Origin: Pecten maximus
Lineage: Eukaryota
Length of the DNA: 64,000 nt
Reading direction: 5' to 3'
Assembly (NCBI RefSeq): GCF_902652985.1
Contig: NC_047023.1
Coordinates: 23,622,001 to 23,686,000 of the forward strand
Made by a program: the position numbers and the translations under genes. This document shows, piece after piece, positions 60,701 to 64,000 of the stretch. Numbering within the stretch: the first letter of the stretch is position 1; each line of letters begins with the position of its first letter. The notes beneath the pieces were generated by a model. That model searched no databases. It saw only the letters and a program-made list of their open reading frames with translations, and was not told the origin of the DNA.

Positions 60701-62701
60701 GCAGCATAGGAATGGCAGAATCAAGTCAAGAAGACTTGAATTGGGGAGCGTCACGTGTAGAGAACTACAGGTGTGACAGGTGTAATAAATCTGTGCGCTT
60801 TCCTCGCTACAATGACCCAGGTAGACTTTTAGATACTAGACGGGGTCGGTGTGGGGAGTGGGCGAACTGTTTCACGCTCTGTTGCAGGGCTGTGGGTTTT
60901 GAAGCCAGGTATGTTCTAGACTGGACTGATCATGTGTGGACAGAAGTGTACTCAACCAGTCAAAAAAGGTGGCTGCACTGTGATCCGTGTGAAAATGCCT
61001 GTGATAAACCACTTCTGTATGAATGTGGGTGGGGAAAGAAACTGACCTATGTGTTAGCGTTCTCAAAGGATGAGGTTCAAGATGTCAGCTGGAGGTACAG
61101 CTCTAATTTCAAGGAAATGATGAGTCGCAGACAGGAAGTGCGGGAAAACTGGTTAGGTCAGGTTTGCTTCCGCCTATGGAATGAAAAAAACAAAGTAGTT
61201 TCAGAAGAAAGACGTAAGGAAATGGAGAAAAGATGTATAGTGGAAGTCGTGGAATTCATTACCCAGAAGAAAAAAGATGAAAATGATCTATCAGGACGAA
61301 CCACTGGGTCACTAGCTTGGAGATTAGCTCGTGGGGAAACGGGAAGCTCACCACAGGCTAGCAATGTTCCATTTGTCTTTACACCAGCAGACAGTGAAAA
61401 ACAGAATAAATTATTACATGTCAGGTAGGTAAAATCATAGACAGTGAAAACAATAAATTATTACATTCAGGTAGGTACAACCATAGAGACTTAAAATCAA
61501 TAATTTTTTACATGTCTGGTAAGTATAAAACCATAGTTTATAGGTTTTTGGCATATTAAGTTCAAACAGTACATGTGTATGCATGGTTATAGAATGATAG
61601 GGATAAACTTTGTCAGGGTGTGGTTGAGTCTAGAGAAGTAAAAAGTGCAACAATTTATTATCCCCAATTACCAGGTAATTAAAAACATAGAGTCAATTTG
61701 TGATGACAAACAACAAATGATACCCACATTATAACAGTATCATCATTCAAAAAATTGATAAAAATGAGACAAATATCAAAGAAAAAGAAAAATACAAATT
61801 TTCATGGAGATGCCTGAAAAAGTACAAAGAGTAAAAGACCAGGTGCTCTGACAGGAAGGAAATCTTCTGCTTTATCAGTGAAACATATCGTACAGGTCTA
61901 CAGGTCTAGTTCAAATCCTGTCTGCAGGTAGCAGATTATAATTAACAGGTAAAAGCTGGTGATGGCTATTGCCCCTATAGCTAATTATCTATTGCAGGAG
62001 TATTCATCATATGGAGGGTGTGTTTGTATATTTTAGAATTTTGGTGGTCATCCATCCAGGTTAAAGGTCATACTTGACCTCATACTTTTAAAGAAACCAC
62101 ACAGGATATCTCTTGAACTGCTGAACAGATTTAATATAAGATCATTTGATTAACACCAAATACCTTAATTACAACATCTAGTTAAACTACACTTGATTTA
62201 GCTTTGGTGGTCATTGGTCAATATTAATTGTCAAAGCCTCCGATCTTCCATCTTGCAAATAAACTGGCCATTGTATATTGTTAAGTTGTTGAGCAATAGA
62301 GGTAAAGTGTCATGTCCATGGACACAGCCACAACACCACACACGGTCTGTTTCTCAGTTTCACGAGAAACACAAACTGCCATGGGTAGGGAGGGCAAAGG
62401 AGTGAACGGTAACATGCGAAATGGAAAGACTTGTATGTAGGCAATGAATTATTTTATATGTTGATTGCATCACGTCTAGGTAATTATTAACTAAGGATGA
62501 TATATTTTGATAGGTATAATTGTGCTAAAGATGAGTATACTCGAGTCACCAATGGGAATGAGAAAACATCTGGATTTGTCTCCTGCTTGTCCAAGTGCAC
62601 TAACATGTTCCGCAAGGAAGAACACGACTGGAAAATGGTTTACCTTGCTCGAAATAAGGAACTGCCCATTGCTGCCCTGTCTTGGAAGTTTGATTTTAAA
62701 G
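57714..62701 (+). CDS. NGLY1: peptide:N-glycanase (PNGase), 5' part; the gene continues beyond the window
   Basis: Exons 57714-57935 (PUB domain: LLKFADNIINHPNDPKYRKIRLAN), 59462-59665, 60421-61424 (transglutaminase-like core: zinc pairs CDIC and CDRC, RFPRYN, GRCGEWANCF, DHVWTEVY, WLHCDPCEN) and 62514-62701 (PAW domain start: FRKEEHDWKMVYLAR). Phases are consistent and no stop is reached. Confidence 0.95.
58358..58665 (+). mobile_element. TRIM-like miniature LTR retroelement whose LTRs contain a tRNA-derived segment
   Basis: LTR1 58358-58486 (TGT...GCA) has A-box tagctcaattggtagagc and B-box ggttcgaaccc. PBS tggcgcccaac at 58491-58501, then a short internal region with a purine-rich tract. 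LTR2 starts TGT at 58568 with the same tRNA-like segment and is 3'-truncated. Confidence 0.75.
61390..61537 (+). repeat. three degenerate about 48-bp copies of the NGLY1 exon 3 donor junction
   Basis: gacagtgaaaaacagaataaattattacatgtcag|gtaggtaaaatcata, then gacagtgaaaacaataaattattacattcag|gtaggtacaaccata, then ...tttttacatgtctg|gtaagtataaaaccata. Confidence 0.75.
62300..62395 (-). mobile_element. SINE fragment, same family as 45656-45830
   Basis: Its reverse complement cctccctacccatggcagtttgtg...tgtgtccatggacatgacactttacc aligns to ctccctgcccatggtgttttgtg...tgtgtcctttggcaagacactttgccc. Confidence 0.5.
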
Positions 62702-63252
62702 GTATAATTTGTCTGTCATGCAATGTTCATAAACTTTAATCAACAAATATTGATGAAAGTTGCTTTGAATGACTAGTTAAAGGTCCTGACCAAATATAGT
62801 ACAATGTATTTCTATATTTTTAAGTGAAAGTAAGATTCACAATGGTAGCCGTGACCCTCATGTTCAAAATCAATTTTGACATTATAAGCCAAATATTATA
62901 AACTTCATAATAGATAATAGGACTTAATACATGAATAAGTCAAGTCTGTATATAAAGGACACCCAAGAGAAAAGGCAAAAGTGTCCTTTATATATAGAGA
63001 TGTGTCCTTAAAAGACCTTAATAGAAGATAACTTTGTTCAGTAAGTTATGTCCTTCATTATAAATGAAGAACCAAGTGAGAATCAAGTTTTGTTGCAGTA
63101 CATTACATATCATATACACAAAATCTAAAGTTTTGTTCGGATATTTAAAAGTAACAGTTTCAAAATGATTCCTCACAATATCAAACTATAGGTTTAGCTA
63201 ATTCAGAAGTATACTAAATGTAAAAGAAAGTAAAGGTAATATCAATAGAGGT

Positions 63253-63527
63253 AATTCTTACTAAATTGTTTACTACGTACTGAGAGAATTCTCACTAAAT
63301 TGTTTACTACGTACTGAGAGAATTCTTACTAAATTGTTTACTACGTACTGAGAGAATTCTCACTAAATTGTTTACTACGTACTGAGAGAATTCTCACTAA
63401 ATTGTTTACTACGTACTGAGAGAATTCTTACTAAATTGTTTACTACGTACTGAGAGAATTCTCACTAAATTGTTTACTACATACTGAGAGAATTCTTACT
63501 AAATTGTTTACTACGTACTGAGAGAAC
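63253..63527. repeat. 34-bp minisatellite, about 8 copies (NGLY1 intron 4)
   Basis: Unit gagaattct(c/t)actaaattgtttactacgtactga. Confidence 0.92.
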
Positions 63528-64000
63528 AGGCAAATTAAAAAAAAAAAAATTTATGTTTGAAATATTTAATTTTCTCTTACCTCTGATAATTTTAGTTCCT
63601 AACAACGTTTAAGATATATTTTCTGAAGTCCGTGTACATTTAGTGGTTTTATTCTTATATTACGATGCATTGGGGAAAAAACAGCTACATAAGTCTGGAT
63701 TTACTGTTTTCTGGTTCAGCCATTTACTATAGCTATATACTGTACACAAAGAAAAGTTCTGCTGAAAACTATGCGCTTGTCAGATATTATTAATTTTTAC
63801 AAATTCTGGACAAAAAATAATTGTCCACCATCTGCTTTAGATAGGTGTCCACTACATATACTGTATACATGATATTTATACATGTACAGAGATTTTTATT
63901 GAGAACTCCTTGTACTGTCCGTTATGGACAGGTGTCTGCTATATAAGGGTTTCAGCTATGAGAGGTTTCGTGTATACTCACAGTATTACATTGTTACTAT

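Overview
AT-rich, intron-rich animal genomic DNA. The repeat types and gene style suggest a bivalve mollusc, which is an inference. I read GT-AG junctions by hand and reconstructed six spliced protein-coding genes with consistent reading frames: a short BTB 'serine-enriched protein'-like gene (+, 1234-4776), an uncharacterised 10-exon gene (+, 6570-12731, possibly BAR-like plus SH3-like), cactin (+, 16154-34732, 18 exons), lines/LINS1 (-, 35763-40875), TRMT1 (+, 42098-46065) and NGLY1/PNGase (+, from 57714, running off the window). Three features stand out. (1) Many minisatellites are tandem copies of a real exon-intron junction, giving arrays of decoy donors, decoy acceptors, AG|GT sites and possible in-frame micro-exons in five genes, three of the arrays in the splicing factor cactin. 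(2) A 2.1-kb IS3EU-like TIR element with a 6-bp TSD (its empty site is visible in a neighbouring tandem duplicate) carries a decayed IAP/BIR gene and virus/Polinton-like small ORFs, and has a composite-transposon structure. It sits in a duplicated NGLY1 promoter/exon 1. (3) There is a tRNA-containing TRIM-like mini-LTR element. Several MITEs with clear TIR/TSD, a deleted pogo element, a LINE fragment, SINE remnants and long hairpin elements are also present. Most long ORFs in the supplied track that fall in repeats are satellite artefacts.
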